Notes under the pieces: model-generated
Told to the model about the DNA's origin: nothing
The model's input: the letters and a program-made list of their open reading frames with translations, nothing else
The model's database searches: none
Shown here: in pieces, positions 1 to 15,200 of the stretch
Layout of the letters: each line of letters begins with the position of its first letter
Numbering within the stretch: the first letter of the stretch is position 1
From: Pavona decussata
Taxonomy: Eukaryota
Length of the DNA: 64,000 bases
Reading direction: 5' to 3'
Assembly: GCA_977016875.1 (NCBI GenBank)
Contig: CDRNST010000026.1
Coordinates: forward strand, 1,178,001 to 1,242,000
Position numbers and translations under genes: made by a program

Positions 1-96
1 TTTTTTTGTACCCTATAGAACTGACAAATTTAGTTTTTCATTTAGCTACGACAGTCCCTGCAGTCTTGTGTTAGAGGTAATTATTCTATACACTTA

Positions 97-840
97 CGTC
101 GTCAGCAAACAACAATTGGAATGACATATAGCACATGCAAGAATAATAGGCATGCCCGAGATTTCTAAAATTGCAATGTGGTTGATTCTCGTGCTAGATT
201 TCAAGCAGCTAATCACGCAAAAAGCTGAACGAACGTTACAAAACAGGCTTGGCGAGTGGAATCAAGAAATCAACTGATCAATCGATTAAATTTATCAATG
301 ATTGCAAGACCGGCTGGCACTATACGACAAAGGGCAATTTTAATCAGGCCAATATTTGACAGTATAATTACAATCCTGGCCAATCGAGTTCGAGACAACT
401 GGCTAGCGCTCTTTCTGAAAGATTGCAATTTAACTTTGCATCAACCAGCTCATTAACGTAATCCTCGTAGTCCTCTGTTGAATTGAGTATAAACACTCGT
501 AGATATCAATGTTTAGATTCATCTTTGTTCACTGATCAGCATTCTACACGGGGAGGTGGGAGTCAGAACCCAAGTCTTGATCGGGGCTAGAGATACCTCT
601 TACCCGAACAGTTTGGCCAGGATTGCAGTCTTCCTCTGGCTGAGGGCTAGAATCAGTTTGGTTTATATTTTACTTTCCTCTTTGGAAAACGTCAGTTCAT
701 TTGGCCCCAGTTTTTGCGTTCGCTTTAATCGGTTTTATATTGAGCACTTTCCTCGTCATATACCAGGAGTGATTGAGGGTAATCTTTAATAAGGAAACCA
801 ACACCACGAACTGAGTGGTTTACCGAAGGGTCCTCTAAAA
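97..840 (-). pseudogene. Possible decayed TPR-containing gene fragment
   Basis: Minus-strand frames give TEDYEDYVNELVDAKLKL...LARIVIILSNIGLIKIALCR and RNLGHAYYS (TPR-like), broken by stops and frameshifts. A GTAAG donor lies near 97. Confidence 0.3.
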
Positions 841-2519
841 AATTACAAGAACAGATAAAAACCTGAATCATAGAAACAAGAAATGAAAAAATATATATAC
901 AAGATTTAAAAGTAGAACTAGGATCATAAAATGCCTTTTGACAGTCCACGTTTAAAAGCAGACAGTGACTCTGCTTCCCTGAAAGCTACTGAATCTTTTA
1001 AATTCTGTTCAGTTCCAGAAGGGTAACCTCTTTTATTGCCTTTTCCGGGAGCCAGCGTGGTCTTCGCGTCGCAATATCTGCCAGAAATTTCTTCTAAATA
1101 TTTGTTAACCTTTCTATTTCTTGGATATACTAGCTACCCCTTCGGCTGAAATATAATTATGTTTTTAAAATCGAAATGTTTTAAATTTCGATACCCTTTC
1201 TCACATACCGTCAGGGTAAAACAAAAGCAAAAAGCACCCCTTTCGGGCAGTCCCTCTCCCGGTATGAAGCCGAACCACTCTATGAAATACTCGGCTCCTC
1301 GGGTATAATTCACTGGGCGCACAGTTTAACTGAATTTGGCTACAAATTCATGTGCGAAACCCAGCGAACTGATACTGATGTTTTCCGCTTACCAAAAGAA
1401 AACGTTGCGGTTAAATTGAGATTTTTCGATATCTATCTTTACTCGCAGGAGATATGAACAATAACCTCATAGTTCTGGTGAAAAAAACATGGTTGTGATT
1501 CGCACTAGATAGCTAAATCTTGATTAAGTCTAGCGGCTTTTTTGAATTGCGATCTATTAATGAGATAAGCAAACTTTTTACGATGTGTCTAGTCAAAGCT
1601 GTCATCATAGCAGCATATAACTTCGGCGACAGTTTAAGGCAATAACTCGGCCTTCAAAACAACCGACGGGAAAAAATCTGATTTCTTTTGAAAAAGATTA
1701 GGAAACAAACTCCTGCTGTTTTGAAAAAAGGGTGTCGGGTTTTTTAAAAAGTGATTAAGAAAAAGTTTGAGATGCTTGTCTTGTCTCTTGCCTTTGCCGT
1801 TTTAGGGCTAACGCAAATAACGTTCCCGGTTGTCAACCACCAGTGAGGTTTTGTCATTTCTTTTTAACAAACATTTACCAAAGCATGGCCGTTATTTTTA
1901 GGGTTAACGTCATTAATACAAACTTGACCTTGAACTTTTTTAAAGTTGTACTAAATATAGTTGTCATGGTCTCTTTTTCCTTCGCTCAGGAAACACATCT
2001 TTCCAGTATAAATTTATATTATTAGCTGGTATCCGTCATCAACAATGATATGATGTTTATACCACTGCCTTTGCACAGCATTCTTACATGAGCAAATGGT
2101 CGACATGATATTTATTAATACGCATTTTTAATTAAAGATTGGGGAACTAGCAACCGGTAAGGTCAAATGTTTAATTGTTCAGTTCCGTAAGCAGACAAAA
2201 AATGTTCAGTTTATTAAGCAGAAAAAGACCGATGTCGTGAGGTTAGCCAAACTACCTTAAATACTTCAAAAAAGCAATAAAATGCTGTGGCAAAATGCCC
2301 GTTATGATCACAAAGACAAGTTATCAACAGGGATTTGTGCCCAGGATCAATTCTCAAAAAGTAAGGCCAGCTACGTTCAAGAGCTATTTTTGTGGCACTG
2401 TCTCAAATGATGACATGCTGTAGAAGGTGTTTACAACCTCTGAGTCTCTGGGCGTAGTATTTTTCAAAGAACGTGGCTATTCCGGAATTAAAACAATAAA
2501 CATTACTTCCTTTTATTGC

Positions 2520-2600
2520 TGTTTATTGAGCTGTACAAGGTGGTTCTAACTTTTGAGTCTGTGGATGAAATCCTTAAGTGTGACCATTCAAATGAAAGCT
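2520..2600 (+). repeat. Dispersed satellite-like repeat (caaggtggttctaacttttgagtctgtggatgaaatcc...)
   Basis: Related degenerate copies at 4265-4555 (about three) and 43815-44040. Confidence 0.6.
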
Positions 2601-3282
2601 CAAAAGTAGTACTATGTTGCTGCAATAGACTGGATGTTTTGCAAGCTGGAATTCCACAAGTTTCTCCTCCTTTTAACGTAGACACTCTAGGATGCAGGTG
2701 AAAGGAAGTTTAAGTCCCCTAGTTTAAGCTTTGTCATTAACTGATGCAGACATTTTTGAGGCTTCAAGCGGAAAACGTAAATTGTAAAGCATTGAACCTC
2801 CCAGCTTCACGCATGCAGTGCTTTTCCGCACATTCGCAGAATTGTATGTGAAATATAGTGTAATTACTTACAGCACCAATTGTCACTTTCAGTGATATTT
2901 CGAAAACAATTTTAACGAAATCATTCATAGGCCGTATTCTAATTCACAGCTTTTTAGGTGTAATAAGCTTTATTATATTGAAATTGCCTATGTTCTAACG
3001 CGCCAGCACGCTTTTGTTTGGCATCCAAACTTAAACATTCTTTTATAATGGACTCACTCGAGCATGGAGTCTTTGTGTTGTATGAAAGCGGCCAAGCGAT
3101 CAGTTATGAATCAACTAGATCGATTTCGCTACGCGAACGTGGGAAAAACATGCGATCCAACATTGATATTTCCAATCTCAGAACAAATTCTAAATTGACC
3201 TTGGATCTTAAGATGTCGCCCTTGTTAGAAGGCGTCTTGTTCTTTTTCGTTAAGCTTGCGAAATCCGTGGCGAATTAAAGAC

Positions 3283-6200
3283 ATGGAAAGGTTATTCGAA
3301 CATTTGAACACCATCTTCGAGGTTAGTACATTACCGAGTTTCATCGCACATTCTAGGTTCATGAAAACTGGTATTATCACGTAGAAACTGTTATTCTAAC
3401 CGCAGCGGTGTACAGTTAGCCTAAAACGCGGGGCATTCCATATTGGCACTAAAAATAGTTAGTTGATCAAGATTTAGGAAGTATGTAAACAAGAACTCGG
3501 GTCAAGGAACTGGATCTAAATAAGATTTAAAGTTCATCGCTTTCGCTTAGCTTGGATCGCCAAGAAAGCGACAATGTAGTTATAACTAGATATATTCAAT
3601 TGTATTTTTAATTCTTCGAGCAATGTACGTAGCCAAGTACCGTCCATATATTGCCCTGTACTTAGCCTAATTCGCATTAACTGTACTCGTCTAAATATCT
3701 CGGGTCACTTGTCATATTGTTTCCTCACTTACAACGTCTTAGATAAAATGCCTGCGTGGTTCTTAATACATGTGTGTATTTCTTAATTGAAAGTGGCATT
3801 AGTTCTTGTAGTACAGCATGTCTTTTTGTATTGCTAGTCTCGCTGTATTTCATATTTCCTCATACACAACAGACCATTCACGATGATGTAATGCTTTAGA
3901 AATCCAAGTTGACTTTTTCGAATTAGGTTAGTAGTTTATGCCCGAGACTATCAAGCTTGACTTTGTTTTGACGGCAGTACATTTGTTCCTAACTTCTATT
4001 TTTCGAGCATCTGTTTTCTAAAGCGAAGACATCGCTAAAAATTAATCGAAAATAAAAAGGGATTCAAAGAATTTTGACGTAATCCTCGGCAGGAAAAGGC
4101 TGGGTTTCAACGAAGTTGACATCGTCCAAAATTTCTTCCTATCGTTAGTTTAATTATTCATGTTTTCCTTCCTGAGAAAGTGGTTGATGTTTGCTCCTTT
4201 TCGGCCTTTTAATGAAGTAAAAAGAAAGTGACACTCTTCTCTCTCACTCAGGAAGAAACATAGATTTTCCACTTTGAGTCCGTGGATCAGTGAATGACCG
4301 GAAATCCTTCAGTGTGACTATGCATATCCGTTATTCAAATAAGAGCGTTTTAATAGCCTATTCGTTTGTGTTTTTGCATGCTTTACAAGGTGGTTCTAAC
4401 TTCTTTAATTTGTGGATAAACGAAGTCCTGAAGTGTATGAAGCAACATAGAGAATTGTGCGAATCTTGCGGTGTACTCCCAATTCAATGTACAATGCACA
4501 AGGTGGTTCTAACCGTGTTGAGAATTTGACGGCGACCATTCAAATAGAAGCTGTCTTTAGTTAGCAGTTTGTCAGTGCTTGTGATTTTCTTGTGTTCATC
4601 TTTCTCCGTGGGGCCTAGGCTAGCTGTAGCTTTTTGTGGGGCAAGCAAGCTACTACGTATGTTATATTTCGAAAATAAACATTTATTGAACATCGATCAG
4701 TCGAACATTGCTACTGAAAAATGAGTTTTGTTTTGTTCGTTCGCCCAGTTTTCTAACTTTTAGCGGTTTTATCTCTGACTATAAAAACTCAGGATTAGTA
4801 AAAAGCTGATTTGCGTGTTGTGACTTTCATTTCATAGGATCCCGCTTACAGCAATGTCAGGGACGAAATCTTCACATCAGGTAGGGAATGAATTCATTGT
4901 TTTACCTGGATAAAAGACTCTGCGAGGCATTCAAAAGCACTGTGGGACTACCTTGATGTTTTTACTGCATGCCTAATTTAACTTTTGAATAAGATAAACA
5001 CATTGCGTGAGATAAAGGTTTTCACGACTGGAGGCTTGTAGTCTCATGATAAATTGTCAACTGACCTATTACTAACTAGCCGCCAGAACTGAGTGACGGT
5101 CAATTCGCCCACAACATTTTTCCCCCGAAGAAAATCAGCCAAACTTCAAGCGCCCATAGTTCAAGACACCGAGCACCTCGCCGGCCATAGAAATACTCAG
5201 GAAGGGCAAGGAAGTAGTGCCTTAACCAATTCGACCTTCTCACTGATTTTATTTAGCTAATAGGCCTTTTCACAGCTATCACACAGTGTGCCAGACCATT
5301 TATATTTATGCTTAGACCTTTTGGTATGGTGTTGTCTCATATAAATAACAATAAAGGCCAAAAATCTATTCCGCATTTCTTACTTGAAAGGTAGCATTCC
5401 TTTTGCCCATCTAGAAAATGCGGATGTTGCGATAGAAATTCCTTTTCTATATTCAGTCTTTTATGGTAATTAAAATGATCCGTACCACACCGGGGACAAA
5501 ACTGTGAGGTCAGTTTGTTCTTCAGACAATCTGGCAGTATCAATACGTCATTGGCACTCTCAGCGAGCGGCTGGCTTGATATCCTCTCAGGTTGTGAAAA
5601 CGTCAGTCAGTGCTCTGACCAAGAAAAATCTCTCTCAGGACTATTCTCACCCGGATCATCATACTTTGCTGCCTTACGATCAGATCACTGCTCGGCTCAA
5701 ACCATCTGACTGAGTGATATTAAACATCCGGCGTTGTTTGCAAATTGCTTCCGGCAAAAAACGAGCTATTATGATATTAATGGCTCTTATGCTCTTAATG
5801 GGTAACAACAAAGGTTAACGTTCATTTCTGTTTGTTTCGAACTGGCTTTTCAGTAGATCGATTTCTTGTTATTCACTGTGCCTAAATTAAAATAAAGAAC
5901 AATTTTTCGTACAACAACTATAAAATATGTTCCAGGAACATCATTTAATTGATATCATATATCATATCAAACCTCTTTTTATCCACTCCCCTCGGGGCTT
6001 TTCAGGGATAATTTACAACACTTCATTTTGCGGGGGAGTTTGCCAGAGTGCTTCTTGTGCAGTTTACAATTAATGAAGTAATGTGTTATGAATGCCCCCT
6101 TATGTGTGTCAATTTGAGATAGATACTAGGGATGGTCACTGCAAGAGATTTGTTACGTCCCAAGTAGTTCTTTTTCGTCCTTATCTGAAAAGAATAGAGA

Positions 6201-9200
6201 GTCTAACCATTTGCAGATTTCAAAGCCAAGGCAGCACTTTCGCTCAGTTATTTAAAGACCATTAGTGTTGGTCCAGCTGGGAATCAAACCCAGGCCTACC
6301 GGCTCACAGTCTGTTACTCAACCAACTGAGCTGACCAGATGGCGGTCATCAAGAGGAGGACGTCCAGATTTTTCTCTGACGGAGTATGAAACTTAATCAG
6401 CTGTTTTAAGAAATTTTTCCAAAGTACAAGGGAATCACTGGCCCAGGTTTTCAAACTAAGATTCATCCCCATTTTGATACTTGTAGTTTCAGAACTTGAG
6501 CAGAAATCACCGTATTTTATACAAAACTAACGGCATCTTTGATTCCAATATGTCTAAAAATCTAGGGTTTTTTGTTCTGCTAAAACTTCGAGAAGCAATA
6601 GCCCCTTTAAGATTATAAATGGTTATTTTCAGCTATAAACTGTTAGAGAACTAAGATTTTTGGAACGATCTATGACCTGTGTAGTTCGGCAGCATCAACT
6701 GAACGTACAATGAAATTGTAAATTGCATTCCAAGCTAACATTGCTGTATATGTGTGTTCATTTCAGCCTCCGAAAAAGATTTGGAGCTGGAACCAAAGCC
6801 ACCAGTCACGTTGAAATCCTCTCGACTGGAAGAAGTCTTTGATGTTCATAAAGAAATTGGAAAGTAAGACCAACGCTGTTTTATGTAATGTTTAAAAAAC
6901 GATCAGCAGTGTTTTATCAGGTTTAAAACCACGAGGCGCAGCAGAGCCGGATTTTAGACCGGATAAAACACGTGCTCCGAGTTCTTTGAACGGCTTAAAA
7001 ACATTCGTGGAAAAGCGTTTGTCAATAGAGTTCATAACAATTATGCTTTAGTGAACGTTACAAATAGGCATACGAAAAAAACACGGCATACTAAAAAGGA
7101 GTGTTTTATCAGCTGATGAAACACTGCATACTAATAAGGAGGAGGTTTATCGATATAAAGTCACTACACGTAATGTATTATTGACTATTTGATGGACTTA
7201 TGAATTATTAATGAGTTTTTGAACAAAAAATGTTTATTCAAGGAAGTTGAACATTTTGAAAGCCCTGAATTCTCATGATCATGATAAGTAAGGGTTTGAA
7301 CCAAAACTAAAGAAAAATTCATTGAAAATAAGTACGAATTACTGGGATCAGCCATAGAGCTACATAAAAACCATAATTCTTCTTTCATTTTAATTTTCTT
7401 TTCTTTTCTTTTTTTTTTCACCACTAGGGGAAAGTTTGGTGTGGTTAAGAAAGTCACAGAGCGCTCATCGCAGAAAGTGCACGCTGCCAAGTACATCCGG
7501 CTCAGCTCAAGTGGCAGCGGTTCATCCCGTGATGATATCATGCGCGAAATCAACATCATGAACCAGCTACACCACAAGAGACTTGTGGGATTGGTAGATG
7601 CGTTTGACTTGTCGAGCAAAATTGTCATGATTATGGAGTTGTAAGTAAAAATAATTAAACTCTTTGACAATAAACATGGTGAAAAATCCCATCTGGTCGA
7701 TCAGACATACCAATTGGCTACATTGCAAAAATTGAAAAACTCCAACTCCAGCTCCCGCGGCTGTAGTGGGAACCGGACCTCAAACCGGGACCTCTAGTTT
7801 CGAGACTGGTCACCTACAAATTAATCATTTAGGCACCGCTAGCTGCCTCTTTGCTTTAAATCATCAAATCAACTGGAGGCAAGGTCAGCAAATTCGTTGT
7901 GGGTTGACAGCGTTCTTCTTTAGAAAGGAAAATTAAAAGCTAGTTGAATGGGTAACTGGAACCACAATTCTGTATGAAATTTTGGGTATACGGTCACCTA
8001 CTCAGGTCGTACACAGTCAGTACACAAAGTCGTATATGGAAAATACGAGGACGTGGCATGGAATATAAGGTACATATATCACGATAAGTGTACGCCAGGG
8101 TATGCCAAGAAAATATACGGGTCCCATACACTAGCTTGTACCAGGACATAAGTAAAAGGAGTCAAACGCATACTGGTCATTACTCAGTCCTTATATACGC
8201 CGGTGTCCTTATACGTCAGCATATGTCTCCGTAGACAATGTATACGGATTAATTATATCAGCTTATATTTGTTATTTCACGCAATTTATTTTTCTTGGTA
8301 TTCAATGAAACACATTACACCAGCGCTTGAATTCAACGAGTTTTCTGATTTGGTTTTTTTCAGTGTGTCAGGTGGGGAGTTATTTGAGCGTGTGGCGGAC
8401 GCAGATTGTTTGACTGAAAAGGAAGCCTCGTTTTACATGTACCAACTACTTCAAGGACTGCAATACATGCACAACAAAAATATTGTACATCTGGATCTTA
8501 AGGTAACTAAAAGCTCCGACAAATATTTTGAACCTCTTACCCGCCTTTGAACTTTGCCTTTCAATGCCATTCCGGTTGGTGCAGTAGGTGATCGCGTCGG
8601 ACTTTCAACCGGGAAATCGAAAGTCCCTTGTTGCGAGTTTCACGGTAGTTATACATGTATGCAACGTGAAGTATTGTTTCCTTATTAAAATATCTTCACG
8701 CTGCTGTCTTCCCAACCGCTAGGGAAACGGGTAGACTTGCACAATCCTGTGGGTGGGTACTATGTGATTAATTGCAGTCCCATCCATAAAGGTTTGGGGA
8801 GGGGAGGGTTGGAGTAGTAATTTTCTATGGTGTTTTATTCTACAAACGTCAGAGTGGCCTTGTAGTACAAGTGTGCACGATCCGTGCAGGTTTATTCCTG
8901 TAGATAGCATTTCATAGCTAGTTATAGAATGGCGAAATTTAGTGTTACAGATGATTTTTATAATCTACGTCCTGTTACCTTTAGTTAAGAAATAAGTAGT
9001 CCGCTGAATAAAGCAGTTAAGTACTAACGTTCTCTAACCTTAAAATCCTGACGCTCGTTCAATGGTTGCTTTTTATTTTCAAGATTCAAGTTAATTTATA
9101 AAACATTACGATGCCCTTTTCCGAAACAAATATATACATAAAATACATAATTAAATAGATCCTGATACAGAAGAGATTTGATGAGTACTTATCTTTTCTT

Positions 9201-12200
9201 CAACCTGTTGTATTGAAATCTCATCACTTTCACAATTTCGGAATGCATAAAGGAACTTTATTTTAAAACTGCTGTTGTTTCATTTATTTCCATAATCAGC
9301 CGGAAAACATTGTATGTGTCAGCAAAGACAGCTGGGATATCAAACTGATTGACTTTGGCTTGGCGCAGGAGCTGGTACCTGGGGTTAGAATGAAAGCACT
9401 CAAGGGAACGCCTGAGTTTATGGGTATGTACAAAGTATATAAATTATTGACGTATATAAACTGGATCATTGCATAACGCAATTCCACGGATTTGATTGCC
9501 TTAGCGACCATGGTATATGAGCCATTATACCATGCCCGCGAAATAGCGACCATTAAATTGTCTTCCGGTTGTTCTTGCAAAGCGAAATGAGCAAGATCGA
9601 TATCTACCAATATTTTTTGCTTGTTTTAAATAAAACTGCAATTATTCCACTCACGCTTGTAGGATAAGAAATGATTACCGTCAGCCAAATTCGCACAACG
9701 GCTGTCACCTCATATCCAACGTACGCTGGTGGAATAATTTTTTAAAAGACCACGTAGTTGTCTTGTAGAAAGCCTCAGACAAGGCAACCATCACAGGTAT
9801 GAATGAACAGCAGTCTATAGCGGAACTAAACATCCCCTTATTCCGTCATTGACGTCTGGTGGGTACCCTCCAGATTTGAAAGTGTTCAGTGCTTCCTCAG
9901 CCTTACTGTGTTTAGGCTTGCAACTCGTACTGTTCTGTCCATGCTTTACGTGCATTTGCAGAGTCCGTCTGAAGAAGCTACTCCACTTGAAGGTCTTTCA
10001 TCCAAACTGTCGTCCTCCTTTCGAAAAGTATCCCAGACAATGTATTTGGAAAGATCAGCGACCATGCGGTGTTTAGTCCTTTAAAAACCGTGTTTACCAA
10101 TACCTTCTATCTTCATCTTCATTAGCAGAGGGATTTGTGCCACTCGCCTGAGTTGCTGTGAATCATTGATTGTCCCATAGGAGTACAGTATTTTCTTCTA
10201 CATTTGTTCTTGGTCGACTTCGGTCATTCCCTGTGGTCTATTTAGGACTTCGCCACTTGTAAAACAATCAGCAAGTGGGAATCAATTAGAACACTTTAGA
10301 AACGACCCAAAAGACATTTATTTATGACAGAACGTTTTTGTTTCAGCTCCTGAAGCAGTCAATTTTGACACCATCTCACTAGCAACAGACATGTGGTAAG
10401 TAGAAGGCTGCTAGACAGCAGTAGTCCATACGATTCTTAAAAGTAAACCAATGGATCAGTTTTGTTCAAGCCGAAGCTTTTTGTAGAAAGCTTCTTTGAA
10501 GATTTCGGGATCAATTCCCGGTAGGGGGACATAGTGACTCCCTTATATAAGTTATATAGGTATGTGCGTCTCCAAAGGGAATGGTTTTTGAGCCGTTTTG
10601 GCCTGATATACAGTATAGATTTTAACCATTTTTGTCTAAAGGTATGAAAATGGGTAGCTGTTTTACACAAAAAGGGTTTGGATTCTAAAGACCAGGTCTG
10701 AAATGGGTATTAATTTTAGAGGCTAGGACGTGACTGCATAAAGCATCTTAAGATAAGTGGAGGATTTCTGCAGTTGCTGCCTATTTTCTGAAGGATTATC
10801 TTGCGCTTTCTTTGTGTTCTCCATCCTCAGTAAACCGTCTTCAATCGACTGATCCGATATACTGCTCCAGAAAATCCCTCGAATCGCAAAGAATGGTTCC
10901 AGAAACCATCCCCTTATTTTAAGATGCTGTATGCAACCAATCACGGCCAAATCTGAAAAAAGGATACGGAAAAATTACATATTTTGATCTGAAATAGGGT
11001 TAGGTTTTCGAGAATCGAGCTGCACACACCCATCAAAATTTTCGACGATAGAGTACCCCACCCCCGAGGATCAATTATGTAAAAAAAAAAAAAAAAAAAA
11101 AAAAAAATATGCGCGTGTAGAAAAGGGTGCATTGATCAGTTGGAGATCATTATTATTATTTATATTATAACCTCCCTTTTTATTACTTAGAATTTCTGGA
11201 AAGGGTTATTTTTTGAAACTTACCAGCTAGATTGTCAAAATCTAACTGCATGCCTTCTTTTTCTTCCAGGAGCGTCGGTGTCATAGCGTATATCTTGTAA
11301 GTAACAAAGTTTACTTCATCATCATGTTATATAATTACAGTATTTATAATTCAGAAGCATGTGCCATTTCTTCGCTGTATAAGTGTACTAATTCGTTTCT
11401 TGAGTCAGTAACATGAAGGTAAACACAATTAAATGTTATCGTGTTCCACCATATATGAACATTCGTAACTGCTCCTGCTATTGTCTTCCGGTGTTTGGTG
11501 ACATTTATAAAAACATCGACCACAACACGTCAAAAGGTATTGAATTCTATCAAGAAATCATTCATCCTGTCATGTCCTCTTAGATAGGAATATGCCTTTA
11601 AAAAGTACTCAACATTTGATTGATTTTGAACTCATAGTCAATCGGAGCAAAACAAAAATTCATTTTTAAGAAAATAACTATACTCTTTAAGTTTCATGCA
11701 GTCAGTTCGACCGACACCTTTCATCATCGTTTGTTGACCACAATCTTCTTAGTTGATCTTAGTTTTATTAATTCCTCCTATAGGTGTGTTTATGTTTATC
11801 TCGCTTATGAAAACTAGTTCAACATCGCGACTATGTTTATGACTTAAATTGATTCTTTATCCGAAGGCTCAGCGGTCTATCCCCATTGCTGGGAGACGAC
11901 AACAACGAAACCTTAGCCAACGTCACCGCTGCTGAATGGGACTTTGATGACGAAAGCTTTGACGTCATCTCGGACGAAGCCAAGGAGTTTATCTCCAAGT
12001 TACTAATAAAAAGTCCCAGGTAAGGGCTGGCTTGCGTTACACCAAGAAAGAAACAAAAAGAAACAGTGATCCTTATATCGCAACGTAGCCATCTCTTTGC
12101 TACGCAAGGCAATTTTTCTTGCAACTTGTAACGCAACGATGACCAAGGCATTGCTGAGGCAAACAAGGACACTCATCGACAGTTTTGGTACATTGGAGAA

Positions 12201-15200
12201 GTGATTTATGACAAAGCTAGAACATTATTCTACTTTTCTATTCACAGGAAAACGTTTTTGAGTTTCTGAAATAACACGAAATCCACAGGACACTTCCTCT
12301 TTGAGTAGGCAGTATTTTTGTTTTTGCTCCGTTTTTCGCCCAGTTTATCGACCCTGCTATCGGCCCAACAGCAAACACCATACCGAGAGTGTCTCACAAT
12401 ACGACACATCCTGTCGTACAATCAGAGTAGAGAAGGCAAGAATTTTGGTTTCCAGCTCAACAGGGCCAGGGGTTCCTTCGATTGCCTCTGGGCCTTGGAC
12501 CTTGGGGTTTTATAGGTGGCTTGCATTGCTGCCATGTTGGTGTACAAGACAAAATAAAATTTGTTCATATATAGTTGGCATAAAAATGGAAGTAAAGTCC
12601 CAGAGGAGAAAAATCTAATGTTCAGTACACCAACATGACCGCCATGACGTCATATGCAAACCATCAATTGTTTTACTTGGCTTGATGGTCTGCACGATTA
12701 AGAACAATATTGACTGTTTGTTGTTTGTTTCTTTGTAAAACTGTAGAAAGCGTAACACCGTCAAACAAAGTCTTGAGCATGACTGGATGAAGGTAATAAG
12801 ATTAAATTACAGTTTGCTGAATCATTGTGGTATTTTTTTTCTTTGTCAATTTCTAAGAAAGTACTCTTAACAGAAACTCTCTGACAGTGTTAAATGAATT
12901 GTCTTCTATGATGTGGATCAACAATATAGAAACTATCAATTTTCTCGGTATAAATTGTCTCTTAAACGAAAACATTGCAAACTGAATTAGTGATTGCTAA
13001 AAAAAAACGCTTTAGAGATTTTATGTTTTATGAGATTTTTGAGATTGAATTTGCAACGTTCCAGACGTTCGCAAAGTTTTCAAAACCAGTCATTTCGTTG
13101 TTCGGATTCATATTTCTTATAACTTTGATATTTCTCCCTTAGAAAAGTGCCTCAGCAAATGCAGTGAAAATCGACACCAAGAAATTAAGGCAGTTTTTAG
13201 CCAAAAGAAGGTGGCAGGTAAGGACCGATGCGAATTTGAATTAAAAACGCTGAAAAGAACCGGGAAAGGTTTCCCCACAAAAAAATCCTACTTGACTCCC
13301 GAAAAGGTTAGAAAATTTGTCGACGTTTGCAGTTATACTGCCAGTTACTATTTTTTTATTTGTTACTAGTTTTTATTTGAGTTAAGGTTAATTTGGAATC
13401 TAGATTTCTTGCTAATTTTAGGAACCAAAACTAACAGAGTTTAACCTTTGAAAACACAAGCGAGCTCCGCGCGATCAAAGAGAATGGTATCACTTCGTTG
13501 CTAACATGGATACTACTTAGTTCTGAGTTTCCGTTGTTGACATTGAAGCTAAACTGTTCCCGTGTTATCCAAGAGTGGGATGGGGCATAATCGGAATGAC
13601 ACACTTTCACCGCGTCGATGTACCAGTTAGGACGCATTGCAATGTTGCGGCAATGTTAACATGCCCTTTTTTGGTCAGATTTTTACAGATTTATTCAAGT
13701 CTCTGTGACAACGTTTAAAAGTTATTACATTGTTTAACGAAGTTCTCAGTGTTTACAGGAATCGGGGTAAAACATATGTGGTGCTCATGCAATAACTCGT
13801 CCTAATTTAAACCTCTGATATTCTGATTAATTATTAGTAGGGTGAAAATGGTTTTCCCCTGGTATTGTTCCTTGCATTTGTTTTATTTCTTAATTTCTAC
13901 AATTTTAATCAAATGAATGATTGAATGATTACTAACAATGATGATTTGACGTGATTTGTTAACAACTAACGATAACAAATGAATTGAAATCAGAATCACT
14001 AAATAAACTGTTGATTATTTAATTGTAACGAAGAAGTGATTTGCTTACCAACTATAATATTGCACAAACTCCTGACCAATACAATTACACTAGCCAGTCG
14101 AGTAATAAGAATTTCAGCAGAGGAGCCGGCAGAATCCATCATACATTCCCTATTCAGATAAAATACATGTCACGTGATTTTTAGAACGTACCACTCCTCC
14201 GAGGATACAATGGCCGTCACCCTCCTTGCGTGAATGGTCTCATGGGTGATAAGCGTCGTGTGATTGGTTACTGCTTAACCTACTTGGGATTCTTGGAGAA
14301 TGGTGGCGATCTAAAAAATAGCTTGATACATATTTTTCTTGGAATAGGATGTGTTGGAGGGGGGATGAGTCTATTCTCTGCCCGTGATCGATGATCTGTT
14401 CATGGCAGTGGATATCGCCACAAAAAAACCGAGATTTTGATTTGATCCATTGTTTGCTCACTGATTTGGGAAAAATCTCTCCTTTCTCTCCTTATATTTA
14501 ATCTCCGCTTCTCACATATAACGGAAAGTAACGTCCCACCCTTACTAATCCATGGCTAACACTACACGTACACTTATCCATAAATTGCACTTCATCTCCG
14601 GCAAAGATGAACCGCGTTCATTCACAACTCACAGCACAGATCACGTCAAACCAATTCTGTACATTACATATGCTCATAGATTCCCAGCTTACACGCATGC
14701 GCCATTTATTCAGGCTTGCTGACCGAAGATGAACTCCTCGAGGTTAGTGGTGTGTGAAACCAATACCACATGCGTGTGAACTAAGGTCATTGACCATAAA
14801 TCACTAGCAATGGAATTCCAGTGCTATTTCTACACTGTCACACAACGCAACATGGCATCAAAAGTGAGACAGTGTCAAAAACACAAAGTCTTACACTACA
14901 CAACAATATTATGCAGTGCAACACTGAACATCATATCGTATGTGACAGACAGTTAAACAGCACTGAAAAACTCATTCCAAGGTAAGTTTGTTGCTATCTG
15001 AAACACACAACACAAGGTTGACGTAGTTACCCAAGGAAACGGCCTCAGCTTAAATGACTTCAGTGTAAGTACCGAATACGTGCAAGGCACTTTAGTGTGA
15101 GGCAGCGAGCTCAAATGAAATTTCTCAGACTGATACCTTTAAAAATGCCTTATCATTTCCTTTTGGAGTAAAATAAAGACAAATAAGCATCAGATTAGAT

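Noticed and set aside
4854-4880. ATG at 4854 as the kinase start
   Set aside because: It ends in phase 0 and hits a stop in exon 6767. The DPAYSNVRDEIFTS frame is the compatible one.
14100-14830. GC-richer intronic block, possibly an LTR/DIRS remnant (similarly 9800-10270)
   Set aside because: No recognisable protein motif or termini by eye.
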